From: Pseudomonadales bacterium
Lineage (GTDB): Bacteria > Patescibacteriota > Microgenomatia > UBA1400 > PJMF01
Reading direction: 5' to 3'
NCBI GenBank assembly: GCA_020632235.1
Contig: JACKFY010000001.1
Coordinates: 159,334 to 223,333 of the forward strand
Length of the DNA: 64,000 nt
In this document: positions 47,855-60,164 of the stretch, in pieces
How the letters are laid out: each line of letters begins with the position of its first letter
Position numbering within the stretch: position 1 is the first letter of the stretch
Made by a program: the position numbers and the translations under genes
The notes under the pieces: model-generated
Databases searched by the model: none
Seen by the model: only the letters and a program-made list of their open reading frames with translations
Told to the model about the DNA's origin: nothing

Positions 47855-50800
47855 ATGAAGAACATTACCGATTTTTCAGCACTAGAAATTCGCATTGCAT
47901 CACCCGATTCTGTCAAGTCGTGGTCGTATGGTGAGGTAAAAAAACCAGAAACAATCAATTATCGTTCTCTCAAGGCAGAGAAGGACGGTTTGTTTGATGA
48001 GAAAATTTTTGGTCCAATCAAGGATTACGAGTGTTACTGCGGTAAGTACAAGCGCATTCGCTACAAAGGCATTATCTGTGATAAGTGTGGTGTTGAGGTC
48101 ACCCAGTCAAAGGTGCGCCGAGAGCGCATGGGGCATATCGGGCTTGCAGCGCCAGTTGCGCACATTTGGTACTTTAAAGGCGCACCGTCCAAACTATCAC
48201 TCCTCCTCAACATCTCTCCGCGCAACCTAAACGCCATTATGTACTTCTCAAAGTATCTTGTCTTGGAGGTTGATACAGACGAAAAACAATCGGTCACAGA
48301 ACAACTCGCTGTTGATATTATTGCCGCACAAGACGAACTGCGTGAGAGCAGTAAACAAGAAATGCAAGCGGTCAAAGACGCACTTGCTGCCGACAAGAAA
48401 AATCTGAAAGAAAAAGTAACCAATAAAGAGACGCTGCAGCTCAAGCTTACCGAGCTTGAAGTCAAAGCTAAAAATAAATTGGTTGGGCTCAAAGAACAGC
48501 TTGCAGTGCAGCTTGATCAAACCAAAGAAATTTATGACACTTTGGGCAAGATGGTCAAGAAAATTAAGAAGGGTTCGATCTTGAGCGAAGATGAGTATCT
48601 CAAGCTTGATGAGTACAACGCCGCTTCGTTTATGCGAGTAGCCATGGGTGCGGAGGCAGTACTCGAGATGGTCAATCAACTTGATATGGACGCGTTGGTC
48701 GAGCGCCTGAGAAACGAGATGGCAGAGACCAAGGGTGCAAAACGCGCCAAGGCAACCAAGCGCTTGCGCGTGGCAGAGGGACTGCGCAAAGCACGCATTG
48801 ATCCTAGCTGGATGTTTATGACGGTACTACCTGTTATTCCACCAGATTTACGCCCTATGGTACAACTCTCGGGTGGTCGGTTTGCCACCTCAGATCTCAA
48901 TGATCTGTATCGCAGAGTTATCAACCGCAATAATCGCTTAAAGCATCTGATTGATCTTGGCGCACCAGAAATTATCTTGCGCAACGAAAAGCGTATGTTG
49001 CAAGAAGCGGTTGATGCACTGATTGATGGTGGTCAAACCAGGCAATCAAGACGACGTTCCAACAGACGACCACTCAAGTCTCTCTCAGAGATGCTCAAGG
49101 GTAAACAGGGACGCTTTAGGCAGAACTTGCTTGGTAAGCGTGTTGACTATTCTGGTCGCTCGGTTATCGTGGTAGGTCCAGAGCTCAGTTTGAGCGAGTG
49201 TGGCCTACCCAAAGATATGGCACTCGAGATGTTCAAGCCGTTTGTGCTGCGCGAGCTGATCATTCATGGTACTGCGCCAAACGTAAAGAGTGCGCGTCAG
49301 ATGATAGAGCAGCGAGACGACATTGTGTACTCTATACTCGAGCGCGTTACGCACAAACACCCGGTGATTCTCAACCGCGCACCAACACTTCACAAACTTG
49401 GAATGCAGGCGTTTTATCCTATTTTGATTGAGGGAAATGCAATTCGATTGCACCCCTGTGTGTGTTCTGGCTACAACGCCGACTTTGATGGTGACCAGAT
49501 GGCAGTGCATGTGCCGCTCACCCAGCAAGCACAAGAGGAAGCGCGTCAATTGATGATGGCAACTCATAACTTGCTCAAACCAGCAAACGGTAAGCCGATC
49601 ACCATTCCCAACAAAGAAATGGCGATGGGTGTGTACTACCACACCGTGATGGATGAGTCACTCGAACAACACGAAACTGTCTTTAGTTCATCCAGCGAGG
49701 CATACTATGCGTACCAAACAGGAAACGTTGCACTGCGACAGCCTATCGAGGTGCGTGTTTCTCTAGATGGGTCACTCCAGCGTGTTGTCACCACCATTGG
49801 GAGATTGCAGTTTAATGATATCTTGCCAGATGACTCACCGTTTGTGAACGAGGCAGTGACAGCCAAGCACATAGAGCAGCTCGTCACACTCGCTATTCAA
49901 ACGCAAGAGAGAGAGACCATCACGGTCTTGATTGATGCTATTAAAGAGCTTGGATTTCGCGCGGCTACCATTTCTGGACTGTCTGTATCAGTGACCGACT
50001 GCGAGATGATTCCAGAAAAAGACGAGATTATAGAGAAAGCCAACAAGCGGGTCGAGGCTGTGCAAGAGCGATACCAAGATGGTTTGCTCACCCTCGAAGA
50101 GCGCAAGCGCTTGGCATTTGACGTCTGGATCGACACCACCGAAGAAGTAGCCGATAAAACCTGGGATTCGTACGATGCTGCAAATGCGGTCAAGGTGATG
50201 ATTAACTCTGGAGGTACTCGTGCATCCAAGGACCAGGTCAAGCAGCTGGCTGCTATGCGTGGGCTGGTTGTTGACCCTCTGGGCAACATTGTTGAGATGC
50301 CTACCAAGTCAAACTTCCGCGAGGGGTTGTCTATTTTTGAGTACGTGACCTCTGCTCGTGGTTCTAGAAAAGGTCTGACCGACTCGGCAGTTAAAACTGC
50401 TGATGCAGGGTATCTCACCAGGCGTTTGACAGATGTGGCCCATGACATGATTATTCGCGATGAAGACTGTGGTACCACGCAGGGCATCATCATCACTAAA
50501 GATAAGAGACCAGATGTATTTGAGACGCGCATCACGGGTCGGGTTACCAATCAAGATGTAGTGGTTGGCAAGAAAGCACTTGTCAAGGCAGGCGAGATGA
50601 TCTCTGCTGAAACAGCAGCCCAGATTGCACACTCAAAACTCGATGAGCTCACCATCCGCTCGCCACTCACCTGCGAACTGCCGAAAGGTATGTGTGCTCA
50701 TTGTTATGGATGGGACTTTTCTACCAGAGCAATGGTCGAGGTCGGTGTACCAGTTGGGATTGTGGCTGCTCAATCTATTGGTGAGCCTGGCACACAGTTA

Positions 50801-51541
50801 ACAATGCGCGTCAAGCACTCGGGTGGCATTGTGGGTCTTGATGTGACGCAGGGCTTGCCCCGTGTTGAAGAACTACTGGAAGCCCGTACCCCAAAGAGCG
50901 TGGCTCTTATTAGTGAAGTGGCAGGCACTGCCCGCATTGAGCAAGCCGACAAAGAGACAACACTCACTATCAGTCCGGCAGGGAGTGACGATGAGGTGCA
51001 GTACATCGTCTCAAACACCACTCCACTACTTGTTAAAAACAACCAGAAGGTGCGACTTGGCCAGCAGTTGACAGCAGGATCACTCAACCCAAAGGAACTA
51101 CTGCAGATCAAGGGCTTGACGTTTACCCAGCAGCAAACCATTAATGATGTGCAAGCGGTATATGAGTCACAGGGTATCCAGATCCATGACAAGCACTTTG
51201 AGGTGATCGTGCGCAAGATGAGTGACAAAGTGCTCATCGAGTCGGCTGGTGACACCAGTTTCTTAACTGGCGAGGTAGTCGAGCGCAGTCGGTTTATCGA
51301 GGTCAATGATGAGACTATGGCGGGTGGCGGCGAGCCAGCGACAGCCAAGATTCTCTTCCTTGGCATCACACGCTCATCAATCTTTACCAACTCGTGGCTT
51401 TCGGCAGCGTCATTCCAGTACACCAAGGCAGTCTTGACTGACGCAGCGGCTTCCGGTTCGGTCGATTATCTAGAAGGACTCAAGGAGAATGTCATTATTG
51501 GCCGACTCATCCCTACTAGTGAAGAGCGCGCCCGTTTGTAA
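47855..51541 (+). CDS. rpoC: DNA-directed RNA polymerase subunit beta-prime
   Basis: It has the Zn-finger [23 protein letters not shown] and the NADFDGD catalytic motif. Confidence 0.95.
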   Translation: MKNITDFSALEIRIASPDSVKSWSYGEVKKPETINYRSLKAEKDGLFDEKIFGPIKDYECYCGKYKRIRYKGIICDKCGVEVTQSKVRRERMGHIGLAAPVAHIWYFKGAPSKLSLLLNISPRNLNAIMYFSKYLVLEVDTDEKQSVTEQLAVDIIAAQDELRESSKQEMQAVKDALAADKKNLKEKVTNKETLQLKLTELEVKAKNKLVGLKEQLAVQLDQTKEIYDTLGKMVKKIKKGSILSEDEYLKLDEYNAASFMRVAMGAEAVLEMVNQLDMDALVERLRNEMAETKGAKRAKATKRLRVAEGLRKARIDPSWMFMTVLPVIPPDLRPMVQLSGGRFATSDLNDLYRRVINRNNRLKHLIDLGAPEIILRNEKRMLQEAVDALIDGGQTRQSRRRSNRRPLKSLSEMLKGKQGRFRQNLLGKRVDYSGRSVIVVGPELSLSECGLPKDMALEMFKPFVLRELIIHGTAPNVKSARQMIEQRDDIVYSILERVTHKHPVILNRAPTLHKLGMQAFYPILIEGNAIRLHPCVCSGYNADFDGDQMAVHVPLTQQAQEEARQLMMATHNLLKPANGKPITIPNKEMAMGVYYHTVMDESLEQHETVFSSSSEAYYAYQTGNVALRQPIEVRVSLDGSLQRVVTTIGRLQFNDILPDDSPFVNEAVTAKHIEQLVTLAIQTQERETITVLIDAIKELGFRAATISGLSVSVTDCEMIPEKDEIIEKANKRVEAVQERYQDGLLTLEERKRLAFDVWIDTTEEVADKTWDSYDAANAVKVMINSGGTRASKDQVKQLAAMRGLVVDPLGNIVEMPTKSNFREGLSIFEYVTSARGSRKGLTDSAVKTADAGYLTRRLTDVAHDMIIRDEDCGTTQGIIITKDKRPDVFETRITGRVTNQDVVVGKKALVKAGEMISAETAAQIAHSKLDELTIRSPLTCELPKGMCAHCYGWDFSTRAMVEVGVPVGIVAAQSIGEPGTQLTMRVKHSGGIVGLDVTQGLPRVEELLEARTPKSVALISEVAGTARIEQADKETTLTISPAGSDDEVQYIVSNTTPLLVKNNQKVRLGQQLTAGSLNPKELLQIKGLTFTQQQTINDVQAVYESQGIQIHDKHFEVIVRKMSDKVLIESAGDTSFLTGEVVERSRFIEVNDETMAGGGEPATAKILFLGITRSSIFTNSWLSAASFQYTKAVLTDAAASGSVDYLEGLKENVIIGRLIPTSEERARL

Positions 51542-51633
51542 TAACTTTGCCGTTACTCATGAGTGAGAGGTATGATACAATGCCTACTCGCTTGAGGGCG
51601 GAAAAAAAAGAAAAAAAAGAAATCATACGCACA

Positions 51634-52047
51634 ATGCCAACGATAAACCAGTTAATTAGAAAAGGTGGACGAAAGTCAAAGTCAAAGCGAGTGAAGGCTA
51701 TGGCACTGCGTCGTAGTTATAACTCCAACACTAATCAGTTGGTAAAAACTAAAAACCCACAAAAGCGCGGGGTGGTGACATTGGTAAAGACCATGACACC
51801 AAAAAAGCCAAACTCAGCACTGCGTAAGGTTGCCCGTGTGCGTCTTTCCAACAAGATGGAGGTGACCGCCTACATCATGGGTGAGAAGCACAACCTCAAT
51901 GAGCACAACATTGTGTTGGTGCGTGGCGGGAGGGTCAAAGATCTCCCTGGTGTGAAGTATCACATCGTGCGTGGCAAGTATGATGCTAGCGGAGTAGATG
52001 GTAGAAAAACCAGTAGAAGCAAGTACGGAGCCAAACGACCAAGTTAA
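51634..52047 (+). CDS. rpsL: 30S ribosomal protein S12
   Basis: It starts [13 protein letters not shown] and contains [16 protein letters not shown]. The track ORF starts earlier at 51547; the internal Met was chosen. Confidence 0.9.
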   Translation: MPTINQLIRKGGRKSKSKRVKAMALRRSYNSNTNQLVKTKNPQKRGVVTLVKTMTPKKPNSALRKVARVRLSNKMEVTAYIMGEKHNLNEHNIVLVRGGRVKDLPGVKYHIVRGKYDASGVDGRKTSRSKYGAKRPS

Positions 52048-52142
52048 TACTACAGTACTATACACGCCAAGACTCTGTCTTGAGCATGCACTAAGTAATT
52101 TTTCTCGCCTAATCAGGTAGAGAAAAGTGAAGAAAGCACTCT

Positions 52143-52619
52143 ATGCGACAAAAAAAAGCACGCGTTCGATCAATTGCTCCCGACCCTCGATATGGATCGG
52201 TTACTATAGCCCGCATTATCAATCGCGCCATGCGTGATGGTAAGAAATCAGTTGCACAGCGTCAGGTGTATGGTGCGCTCGATGTTGTTTCAAAACAGCT
52301 TAAAAAACAAGTCACAGAGGTAGTTGAGATGGTACTGGCGGCAATTACTCCTCAAATGGAGGTGCGCTCGCGCAGAGTGGGTGGTGCATCCTATCAAGTG
52401 CCAATGCCGGTCAGTGAGCGCCGTGGGTTTTCTCTAGCAGTCCGTTGGTTGTTAGCCGAGGCAAATAAACGCCCCAACAAGCAGTATCACACCTTTGCTG
52501 AAAAACTAGCAGCCGAGATGCTTGACGCCCTCAATGGTGAGGGTGGAGCTATCCAAAAGAAAGAAACCTCTCACAGAATGGCAGAAGCCAACAAGGCATT
52601 TAGTCACTTTCGATGGTAG
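52143..52619 (+). CDS. rpsG: 30S ribosomal protein S7
   Basis: Conserved uS7 sequence. Confidence 0.9.
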   Translation: MRQKKARVRSIAPDPRYGSVTIARIINRAMRDGKKSVAQRQVYGALDVVSKQLKKQVTEVVEMVLAAITPQMEVRSRRVGGASYQVPMPVSERRGFSLAVRWLLAEANKRPNKQYHTFAEKLAAEMLDALNGEGGAIQKKETSHRMAEANKAFSHFRW

Positions 52620-52653
52620 CTATCCTTTTTATAAAGTAGAAAAAAACTGACCC

Positions 52654-54786
52654 ATGGCACAACAACCTGTTAAAAACACCGATAGAAACAAAATCCCTCT
52701 CAAGCGAATTAGAAACATTGGCATTATTGCCCATATTGATGCAGGTAAAACCACCACCACCGAGCGTATTTTATACTTCACTGGTCGCACCTACAAGATA
52801 GGCGAGGTACATGAGGGTGCGGCAACTATGGACTGGATGGAGCAAGAGCAAGAGCGTGGTATCACGATTGTTTCTGCTGCCACTACCACGTTTTGGACTC
52901 CCTACTTTGAAACACACCTAGAAAAAGAGCAGTATCGTTTTAACATTATTGATACTCCGGGGCATGTCGACTTTACCGCAGAGGTAGAGCGTAGCTTGCG
53001 CGTACTTGATGGTGGTATTACCGTGCTGGATGCATCTGAAGGCGTACAATCACAGTCTGAAACTGTCTGGCGCCAGGCAGATAAATACAAAGTGCCTCGC
53101 ATCTGTTTTGTTAACAAGATGGATAAGCTTGGTGCAGACTTTTTTGCCACCGTTGAAGATATCAAGGAAAAATTTGGTGTTGTGCCAGCAGTTATGGTGC
53201 TGCCGATGGGTGCTGAAAACGAGTTTCGGGGCGTTATTCAGCTGCTGGAGCGAAAAGCGCTCTACTGGAAAGACAACGAGGCAGATACCGAGCCAGAGGT
53301 AAAAGATATTCCAGACGAGTACAAAGATCGAGTCGAAGAGCTGCGTTCTCAATTGGTCGAGCAAATTGCCGAGACAAATGACGCAATCATGGAAAAGTTT
53401 TTTGCCGAAGAAGAATTGAGTGTTGACGAGCTGAAAGCAGCTCTCAGGACAGCAGTGATTAACTACCAATTAGTCCCTGTGTACGCAGGCTCATCACTCA
53501 AGAACACTGGGGTGCAGCCGCTGCTTGATGCAGTTGTTGACTATCTACCCTCACCAGTTGACATCGACCACATCACGGGTACCAACCCAAAAACAGAAGA
53601 AGAAACAGAGAGAAAGCTGGTGCCAGAAGAAGATTTTTGTGGTCTTGCGTTCAAGATCCAGACCGACCCTCACGTGGGTCGCATCACCTACTTTAGGGTG
53701 TACTCGGGCGTGTTGCAGGCAGGTAGTTATGTGTATAACCCTGTGCGCGGTGAAAAAGAGCGTGTGGCCCGACTTCTTTTGATGCATGCTAATCAACGTG
53801 AGGAAATTTCCGAGGCGCGTGCTGGTGAAATAGTAGCGGTAGTTGGTTTGAAGGCCACCAAGACAGGTGATACTCTGTGTGATGAGGCTAACCCCATTGT
53901 GCTTGAAGGTATTACGTTTGCCGAGCCAGTTATCTCGCTTGCTATCGAGCCCAAAACAAAGTCTGACCAAGAGAAAATGTCAATGGCGCTTGCCAAACTG
54001 AGTGACGAAGACCCCACATTTACTATCAAGTCCAACACCGAGACGGGTCAAACTATCATCGGTGGTATGGGAGAGCTGCATCTCGAGATCCTGGTTGATC
54101 GTATGAAACGAGAGTTTAAAGTTGATGCCGATGTTGGTGCGCCACAAGTTGCGTACCGCGAGACCATCACTAAAGACTCACAAGGTGAGGGTAAGTACAT
54201 CAAGCAGTCTGGGGGTCGTGGTCAATACGGCCACGTGCTCCTTCGAGTTACTGCAAAGGACAGAGGTACCGGTTATGAGTTTGTTAACGAGATCACTGGC
54301 GGTGCTGTACCCAGAGAGTTTATCGAGCCGACCAACAAGGGCATCCAGGAAGCACTTGAAAGAGGCGTTTTGGCGGGCTATCCCCTCTCTGATATTCAGG
54401 TGTCACTGTACGATGGTTCGTATCATGACGTTGACTCAAGCGAGCTTGCATTCAAGATGGCGGGGTCACTCGGTATTAAAGATGCGCTCAAGGGCGCCAA
54501 GATGGTACTCTTGGAGCCAATCATGAAGGTTGAAGTTTCAACTCCAGAAGAGTACATGGGTGATGTGATTGGTGATTTGGGCTCACGCCGGGCACAAATC
54601 CAAGGTACTGCCCAAAGAAATAATGTCACTATCATCACTGCACTTGTGCCATTGGCAGAGATGCAGGGCTATGTTACAATTTTGAGAAGTATGACGCAGG
54701 GTCGTGCCAGCTCGGTGATGTTACCGAGTCATTACGACATCGTTCCTCAGTCTATTACGGAAGGTATTATTTCGGAGCGAAAGTAA
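52654..54786 (+). CDS. fusA: elongation factor G
   Basis: It has the G-domain motifs AHIDAGKTT and DTPGHVDF and spans 710 aa. Confidence 0.95.
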   Translation: MAQQPVKNTDRNKIPLKRIRNIGIIAHIDAGKTTTTERILYFTGRTYKIGEVHEGAATMDWMEQEQERGITIVSAATTTFWTPYFETHLEKEQYRFNIIDTPGHVDFTAEVERSLRVLDGGITVLDASEGVQSQSETVWRQADKYKVPRICFVNKMDKLGADFFATVEDIKEKFGVVPAVMVLPMGAENEFRGVIQLLERKALYWKDNEADTEPEVKDIPDEYKDRVEELRSQLVEQIAETNDAIMEKFFAEEELSVDELKAALRTAVINYQLVPVYAGSSLKNTGVQPLLDAVVDYLPSPVDIDHITGTNPKTEEETERKLVPEEDFCGLAFKIQTDPHVGRITYFRVYSGVLQAGSYVYNPVRGEKERVARLLLMHANQREEISEARAGEIVAVVGLKATKTGDTLCDEANPIVLEGITFAEPVISLAIEPKTKSDQEKMSMALAKLSDEDPTFTIKSNTETGQTIIGGMGELHLEILVDRMKREFKVDADVGAPQVAYRETITKDSQGEGKYIKQSGGRGQYGHVLLRVTAKDRGTGYEFVNEITGGAVPREFIEPTNKGIQEALERGVLAGYPLSDIQVSLYDGSYHDVDSSELAFKMAGSLGIKDALKGAKMVLLEPIMKVEVSTPEEYMGDVIGDLGSRRAQIQGTAQRNNVTIITALVPLAEMQGYVTILRSMTQGRASSVMLPSHYDIVPQSITEGIISERK

Positions 54787-54807
54787 TAAGCCAATACACA
54801 CATTATT

Positions 54808-55080
54808 ATGAGTAAAATAGAGACTTCTACTCTTACTGGTTCTACTGAGGCTAAAAGACTTGCAGAAGGGATAAGAAATGATGTAGGTTGGGCTGAGAAA
54901 AAAAGAGCATATGCTCAAGAATTACAAAAGGAACGAAATTATTTTCCTGTTCCTCCAGAAATGGAATACATTCGGGACTCCTACAAACAAGAGAAAACCC
55001 ACGAAGAACATTTGAGGTGGTGGGCTGGTAGAAATGGAAGAGGAGTGCCTTTGAGAAGAAAGTTCAGATCATCTAATTGA
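54808..55080 (+). CDS. hypothetical protein (AT-rich orphan ORF between fusA and tuf)
   Basis: 90-aa ORF in a roughly 450-nt AT-rich insert. No family recognised. Confidence 0.3.
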   Translation: MSKIETSTLTGSTEAKRLAEGIRNDVGWAEKKRAYAQELQKERNYFPVPPEMEYIRDSYKQEKTHEEHLRWWAGRNGRGVPLRRKFRSSN

Positions 55081-55249
55081 TTAAAAGAAATATTGATCTT
55101 TTTGCAAAAGAGGAAGGCGGAAATGAAAAACATAGGTTGGCATTAGAAATTTTAGCACTTGAGGAAGCTTTGTCAAAACTACAATCTTCTCCAATAAAAA
55201 GATTTAGATTTTTTTAAAAGTAATAAACAATAAGTAAAAAAGGAACCAT

Positions 55250-56440
55250 ATGGCAGACACATTTGTTCGCAACAAGACTCACGTTAACATCGGTACGATT
55301 GGTCACGTGGACCACGGTAAAACAACTCTTACCGCTGCAATCGCAACTACGCTCGCAGACAGGGTGCCTTCACCTATCAACTTGGCAAAGGGCTACACCG
55401 ATATTGATAACGCTCCTGAAGAGGCAGCTCGTGGTGTGACCATCAATATCTCACACATCGAGTACGAAACAGAACAACGTCACTACGCACACATCGATGC
55501 TCCAGGGCATGCTGACTACATCAAAAACATGATCACTGGTGCTGCTCAGATGGACGGCGCTATCCTCGTAGTAGCTGCAACTGATGGCCCAATGCCTCAG
55601 ACAAGAGAGCATATTCTCTTGGCAAAACAGGTGAACGTACCACAACTCGTGGTTGCACTTAACAAAGTTGACATGGTCGATGACGCAGAGCTTCTTGACT
55701 TGGTCGAGATGGAGGTGCGCGAGCTCCTCACCAAGTACGGCTATGATGGCGACAACACCCCTGTTATTCGTGTCTCAGCACTTAAAGCACTCGAGGGTGA
55801 CAAAGATGCGCAAGAAAAAGTTATGGAGCTGATGAACACGGTGGATGAGCAAATCCCCGACCCCGTGCGTGAGCTTGACAAGCCATTCTTGATGCCTGTT
55901 GAAGACGTCTTTTCTATCAAGGGTCGCGGCACCGTGGTCACGGGTAGAATTGAGTCTGGTAAGGTCAAGGTCGGTGAGGAAATCGAGATTGTTGGCCTCA
56001 AGGCAGCGCAAAAATCAGTGGTGACGGGTGTTGAGATGTTTAAAAAGATGCTTGATGAAGGTCAGGCCGGCGACAACGTTGGCATTCTCCTTCGCGGTAT
56101 CGAAAAAGACGACGTCGAGCGTGGCCAGGTTTTGGCAAAGCCAGGTACGGCGAACCCGCACACCGAGTTTGAGGCAGAGGTCTACATTCTCACCAAAGAA
56201 GAAGGTGGTAGACACAAGCCATTCTTCACTGGGTACAGACCACAGTTTTACATCAGAACCACTGATGTAACGGGCGAGGTCACACTCCCTGATGGTGTTG
56301 AGATGGTCATTCCTGGCGATAACGCCAAGATGAAGGTGAAACTCATCGTGCCAGTGGCAATGCAGGAAGGTGTTCGGTTCGCTATTCGCGAAGGTGGACA
56401 TACTATTGGTGCAGGTGCTATTACCAAGGTCATCAAGTAA
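55250..56440 (+). CDS. tuf: elongation factor Tu
   Basis: [18 protein letters not shown] and NKVD motifs. 396 aa. Confidence 0.95.
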   Translation: MADTFVRNKTHVNIGTIGHVDHGKTTLTAAIATTLADRVPSPINLAKGYTDIDNAPEEAARGVTINISHIEYETEQRHYAHIDAPGHADYIKNMITGAAQMDGAILVVAATDGPMPQTREHILLAKQVNVPQLVVALNKVDMVDDAELLDLVEMEVRELLTKYGYDGDNTPVIRVSALKALEGDKDAQEKVMELMNTVDEQIPDPVRELDKPFLMPVEDVFSIKGRGTVVTGRIESGKVKVGEEIEIVGLKAAQKSVVTGVEMFKKMLDEGQAGDNVGILLRGIEKDDVERGQVLAKPGTANPHTEFEAEVYILTKEEGGRHKPFFTGYRPQFYIRTTDVTGEVTLPDGVEMVIPGDNAKMKVKLIVPVAMQEGVRFAIREGGHTIGAGAITKVIK

Positions 56441-56454
56441 GTACTACGTATTTT

Positions 56455-56490
56455 CAAAAACCCCTCACTATGTATGGTGAGGGGTTTTGG
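56455..56490 (+). terminator. rho-independent terminator after tuf
   Basis: AAAAACCCCTCAC-TATGTATG-GTGAGGGGTTTTGG, a GC-rich 8-bp stem followed by a T-run. Confidence 0.55.
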
Positions 56491-56494
56491 TAGG

Positions 56495-56523
56495 TTTACA
56501 TCTGGGGCTAAGGGCGGTATAAT
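56495..56523 (+). promoter_or_regulatory. sigma70-like promoter for the S10 operon (TTTACA-17nt-TATAAT)
   Basis: TTTACATCTGGGGCTAAGGGCGGTATAAT lies about 30 nt upstream of the rpsJ start. Confidence 0.5.
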
Positions 56524-56555
56524 CTCACGTCTGTGACGGCATTTATAAGACACAC

Positions 56556-56888
56556 ATGGCAGCAAAGAAACAAACAACAACACCAGAATACAAAATTAGG
56601 GTTCGACTCAAGTCTCACGACCATAGGGTTATCGACGATGCGGGGAGAAAAATACTCGAAACAGCGCTTTCAACGGGGGCAAAGATAATTGGTCCGGTGC
56701 CACTCCCCACGCACATTAAGTCATTTACTGTCTTGGTTTCTCCTCACACCGACAAAAATGCGCAGGAACACTATGAAATTCGCACGCATAAGCGCATGAT
56801 TGAGATAGTAGACCCAACAAACAAAACAATTGACTCGCTGATGCATTTGGAGTTGCCAGCTGGAGTCTCAATTCAGATCAAGATGTAA
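56556..56888 (+). CDS. rpsJ: 30S ribosomal protein S10
   Basis: [14 protein letters not shown]...GPVPLPT. Confidence 0.9.
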   Translation: MAAKKQTTTPEYKIRVRLKSHDHRVIDDAGRKILETALSTGAKIIGPVPLPTHIKSFTVLVSPHTDKNAQEHYEIRTHKRMIEIVDPTNKTIDSLMHLELPAGVSIQIKM

Positions 56889-56916
56889 GGAAGCAATCAA
56901 ACACACATGACTACAT

Positions 56917-57669
56917 ATGCCAGGAGTAACAGATTTTTTCGCCACCAAGATAGGAATGAGTCAAGTATGGACGACAGCAGGTAAGAGATTAGCCATTACT
57001 CGGCTCAAAAGTCAGCCTGCAGTTGTGATTGGAGTGCAAAATGCTCACACTGAGTCAGTCCCCACGCGCATAGAGGTAGGATACGGTGCTAAAAAAGCAA
57101 AAAACACACCAAAGCCACTTCGTGCCAGATTAGAAAAGCTGCAGTACCCTACGGGGGTTCGTCACGTTGCAGCTATTTCCGTTGGTCAAGATCAAGATCT
57201 GCCAGAAATGGGAACGGTTATCTCTGCTGTCGGTCATCTGCAGCCAGGTGATGTTGTTTGGGTGCAAGGCACTACCAAGGGAAAGGGGTTTGCTGGTGGC
57301 ATCAAGCGTCATGGGTTTCATGGAGGGCCAAAAACACATGGTCAGTCAGACAGAGCACGTGCTGTTGGCTCGATCGGCCAGCAGACACCAGGAAGAGTGT
57401 TTAAGGGCAAAAAGATGCCTGGTCACATGGGGGTTACTACCCACACGGTAAAAAATCTTGTAGTACTGCATGTTGACTCGACAACCGGAGAGATTTGGGT
57501 GAGTGGCCCTGTACCTGGCTCCCTAACAGCTTCAGTGAGACTCAGAAAAACAGGTGAGACGAAAACAATCGATCTTGACAAGATGGCCTCTGGAATTCCT
57601 GAAGAAAAAACACAGGAAGTATCTACGCCGGAAGAACAAACCACAGCAGTAGCAGAGGAAACAGCATAA
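56917..57669 (+). CDS. rplC: 50S ribosomal protein L3 (with C-terminal extension)
   Basis: It has TKGKGFAGGIKRHGF and GRVFKGKKMPGHMG plus an extra acidic Thr/Glu-rich tail of about 35 aa. Confidence 0.9.
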   Translation: MPGVTDFFATKIGMSQVWTTAGKRLAITRLKSQPAVVIGVQNAHTESVPTRIEVGYGAKKAKNTPKPLRARLEKLQYPTGVRHVAAISVGQDQDLPEMGTVISAVGHLQPGDVVWVQGTTKGKGFAGGIKRHGFHGGPKTHGQSDRARAVGSIGQQTPGRVFKGKKMPGHMGVTTHTVKNLVVLHVDSTTGEIWVSGPVPGSLTASVRLRKTGETKTIDLDKMASGIPEEKTQEVSTPEEQTTAVAEETA

Positions 57670-57670
57670 T

Positions 57671-58390
57671 ATGAAGTTGACAAAGTATAGCTCTACTGGC
57701 AGTAAAACGAGTATAACTGTGCCTGACTTGTTGTTTGCAAAACCAAATGCACCGTTGGTTGCGCAGGCGGTACGTGTGTATTTAAGCAACCAACGTCAAG
57801 GCACAAGTAGCACCCAGACGCGTTCTGACGTCACTACCTCGCACAGAAAAATATACAAGCAAAAAGGAACGGGTGGTGCTCGCCATGGTTCTCGCAACGC
57901 CCCTATCTTTGTGGGCGGTGGTGTGGCTCATGGTCCCACTGGTACTCAAAACTGGAGCAGATCTTTGTCAAAACAGATGAAGCGCGGAGCTTTGATTGCC
58001 TCCCTCAGTGCTCAAGTTGACCGCTGCATTGTGCATGAAGGACTTGATGCCTTATCAGGAAAAACAAAAGAGGCAGCGCAGCTGCTTTCTTCTGTTTCAG
58101 ACACCACATCATTGGTCGTTTTAGCAGAAAGATCAGAGGTTATTGAGCGGTCACTCAGAAACATACCTGCTGTTTCGTACACCACTGCCTCACTTCTCAC
58201 TGCCTTTGATGTAGCCCGCGCCCACACTATTATATTTGCTGGCGGCGCGCTGGATGCTCTCCAGCAACGACTCGCAAAACAACCCACCAAGGCAGCGCCC
58301 ACTAAAAAATCAAGCAGTACAGCAAAAAAGACAGTGTCAAAACAAGAGGTAACGGTAGAAAAAAAATCAAGCAAAAAATCAAAGAAGTAA
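57671..58390 (+). CDS. rplD: 50S ribosomal protein L4 (Lys-rich C-terminal extension)
   Basis: QKGTGGARHGS motif, with a KKSSSTAKK...SKKSKK tail. Confidence 0.9.
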   Translation: MKLTKYSSTGSKTSITVPDLLFAKPNAPLVAQAVRVYLSNQRQGTSSTQTRSDVTTSHRKIYKQKGTGGARHGSRNAPIFVGGGVAHGPTGTQNWSRSLSKQMKRGALIASLSAQVDRCIVHEGLDALSGKTKEAAQLLSSVSDTTSLVVLAERSEVIERSLRNIPAVSYTTASLLTAFDVARAHTIIFAGGALDALQQRLAKQPTKAAPTKKSSSTAKKTVSKQEVTVEKKSSKKSKK

Positions 58391-58393
58391 CGT

Positions 58394-58696
58394 ATGCATA
58401 GCACGATTATTATAAAGCCAGTTATTACCGAAAAAACTGTTTCTCTTGCCAAGCAGAAGAATGTCTATACCTTTGAAGTTGTCAAGGGCGCAAATAAGTA
58501 TCAAGTGAAAGAAGTGATAGAAAAACTGTATGATGTGCGTGTTGTTGGTGTACGCACCATTATGGTGCAGGCTGGCACAAGAAAAACAGGGAAACGCCGG
58601 CTCTCATCCCAGACCTCAGTGAGTAAAAAAGCGCTTATTAGTTTGAAAAAAGGTGATACAATACCCCTTTTTGATATAGGAGAGACAGAAAACTAA
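58394..58696 (+). CDS. rplW: 50S ribosomal protein L23
   Basis: Conserved uL23 sequence. Confidence 0.9.
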   Translation: MHSTIIIKPVITEKTVSLAKQKNVYTFEVVKGANKYQVKEVIEKLYDVRVVGVRTIMVQAGTRKTGKRRLSSQTSVSKKALISLKKGDTIPLFDIGETEN

Positions 58697-58700
58697 GTAT

Positions 58701-59531
58701 ATGCTACGGAGTAAACATCCTACCACCAGCGGACAACGCCATCAGGTAACGATCGATAGATCACACCTGCATAGCGGTAAGCCAGAAAAGTCACTTTTGG
58801 CGAAAGGTCATAAGAAACGCCAGGGGAGAAACTCCAGTGGTACAATTACTGTTCGTCATCGTGGTGGAGGAGTCAAGAAACGCATGCGTATTATTGAGTG
58901 GAAGCGCACCAAACATGGTGTGCCGGCAGTCGTGGTGCGCATTGAGTACGACCCAATGCGTAGTGCAAACATTGCACTCCTTCATTACAAAGACGGGAGT
59001 AAAGCATATATTTTGGCTCCAAGCGATCTACAGCCAGGTAGCACGGTGGTAGCTGGTGAGTCAGTTGAGGCAACCCCTGGCAACGCGCTGCCACTCAAGC
59101 AAGTGCCGGTCGGTACGCCCATTCATGCTATCGAACTTACCCCAGGCAAAGGAGCTCAAATCTGCAGAGGGGCAGGTACTGCTGCTACTGTGCAGTCAAA
59201 GGAGGGAAAGTTTGTGACCGTACTTTTACCCAGCAAAGAGCTTCGCTTGATAAATGGAGAGTCGTTCGCTACAATCGGCCAGGTTGCAAATGTCCGGTGG
59301 AAGAGTAGAAAGCTTGGCAAAGCTGGCCGCAAGCGCCTGATGGGCATTCGCCCAACAGTACGTGGTACCGCTCAGCATCCAGGCAGTCATCCTCATGGTG
59401 GCGGTGAAGGTCGCGCGGGGGTTGGCATGAAGTATCCAAAAACTCCTTGGGGCAAGCCTGCGATGGGTAAGAAGACTAGGTCGAAACGCAAGTCTCGCAA
59501 GATGATCGTGAGAGATAGGAGAGTCAAATAA
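58701..59531 (+). CDS. rplB: 50S ribosomal protein L2
   Basis: HPHGGGEGR motif. Confidence 0.95.
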   Translation: MLRSKHPTTSGQRHQVTIDRSHLHSGKPEKSLLAKGHKKRQGRNSSGTITVRHRGGGVKKRMRIIEWKRTKHGVPAVVVRIEYDPMRSANIALLHYKDGSKAYILAPSDLQPGSTVVAGESVEATPGNALPLKQVPVGTPIHAIELTPGKGAQICRGAGTAATVQSKEGKFVTVLLPSKELRLINGESFATIGQVANVRWKSRKLGKAGRKRLMGIRPTVRGTAQHPGSHPHGGGEGRAGVGMKYPKTPWGKPAMGKKTRSKRKSRKMIVRDRRVK

Positions 59532-59532
59532 T

Positions 59533-59817
59533 ATGAGCAGAAGTTTAAAGAAAGGCCCGTTTGTTGACCCAAAATTACTACAAAAAGTAATGGCGCAGAA
59601 GCAATCGGGTGACAAGTCAGCACTCAAGACATGGCGAAGGAACTCGGTTATTCCACCAGAGTTTGTTGGTCATACATTTTTGGTGCATCAAGGAAAAACA
59701 TTTATCGAGGTGTTTGTATCAGAGGCAATGGTGGGGCATAAGCTAGGTGAGTTTGCTCCCACCCGCACCTTTAGAGGCCATGGCAAGATCGTAAAGAGAA
59801 TTACATCAAAGACATAA
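59533..59817 (+). CDS. rpsS: 30S ribosomal protein S19
   Basis: [13 protein letters not shown]-terminus. Confidence 0.9.
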   Translation: MSRSLKKGPFVDPKLLQKVMAQKQSGDKSALKTWRRNSVIPPEFVGHTFLVHQGKTFIEVFVSEAMVGHKLGEFAPTRTFRGHGKIVKRITSKT

Positions 59818-60158
59818 TGATAATTACAGCAACACAAAAATACACTCGGCAGGCTCCACGTAAAGTGCGACTTGTGGCCAATGCGGTCAAAAATTTGCCG
59901 TTAGTTGTGGCGATTGATCAGTTAGCTCATATAGAGCAAAAAGCGTCTCTTGTGGTGCTCAAAGTACTGCGACAGGCGGTTGCTAATGCAGAGAACAACC
60001 ATCGACTAGATCCAAATACGCTCAAGATACGGTCGATTCAGGTGCAGAACGGGCCTGTGTACAAGCGTTTTCAAGCGGTGAGTAGAGGGAGGGCGCACGC
60101 TATCCAAAAAAAAACAAGTCATATTATGGTAGAGCTTGAAGCAGTATCAAAACAATAA
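59817..60158 (+). CDS. rplV: 50S ribosomal protein L22
   Basis: Conserved uL22 sequence. Confidence 0.9.
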   Translation: MIITATQKYTRQAPRKVRLVANAVKNLPLVVAIDQLAHIEQKASLVVLKVLRQAVANAENNHRLDPNTLKIRSIQVQNGPVYKRFQAVSRGRAHAIQKKTSHIMVELEAVSKQ

Positions 60159-60164
60159 GAACAT

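Noticed and set aside
47443-47958. 171-aa Ser-rich minus-strand ORF and several other 60-200-aa antisense ORFs within rpoB, rpoC, fusA and tuf
   Set aside because: They are antisense to highly conserved essential genes. Their low-complexity composition mirrors the codon bias of the sense strand.
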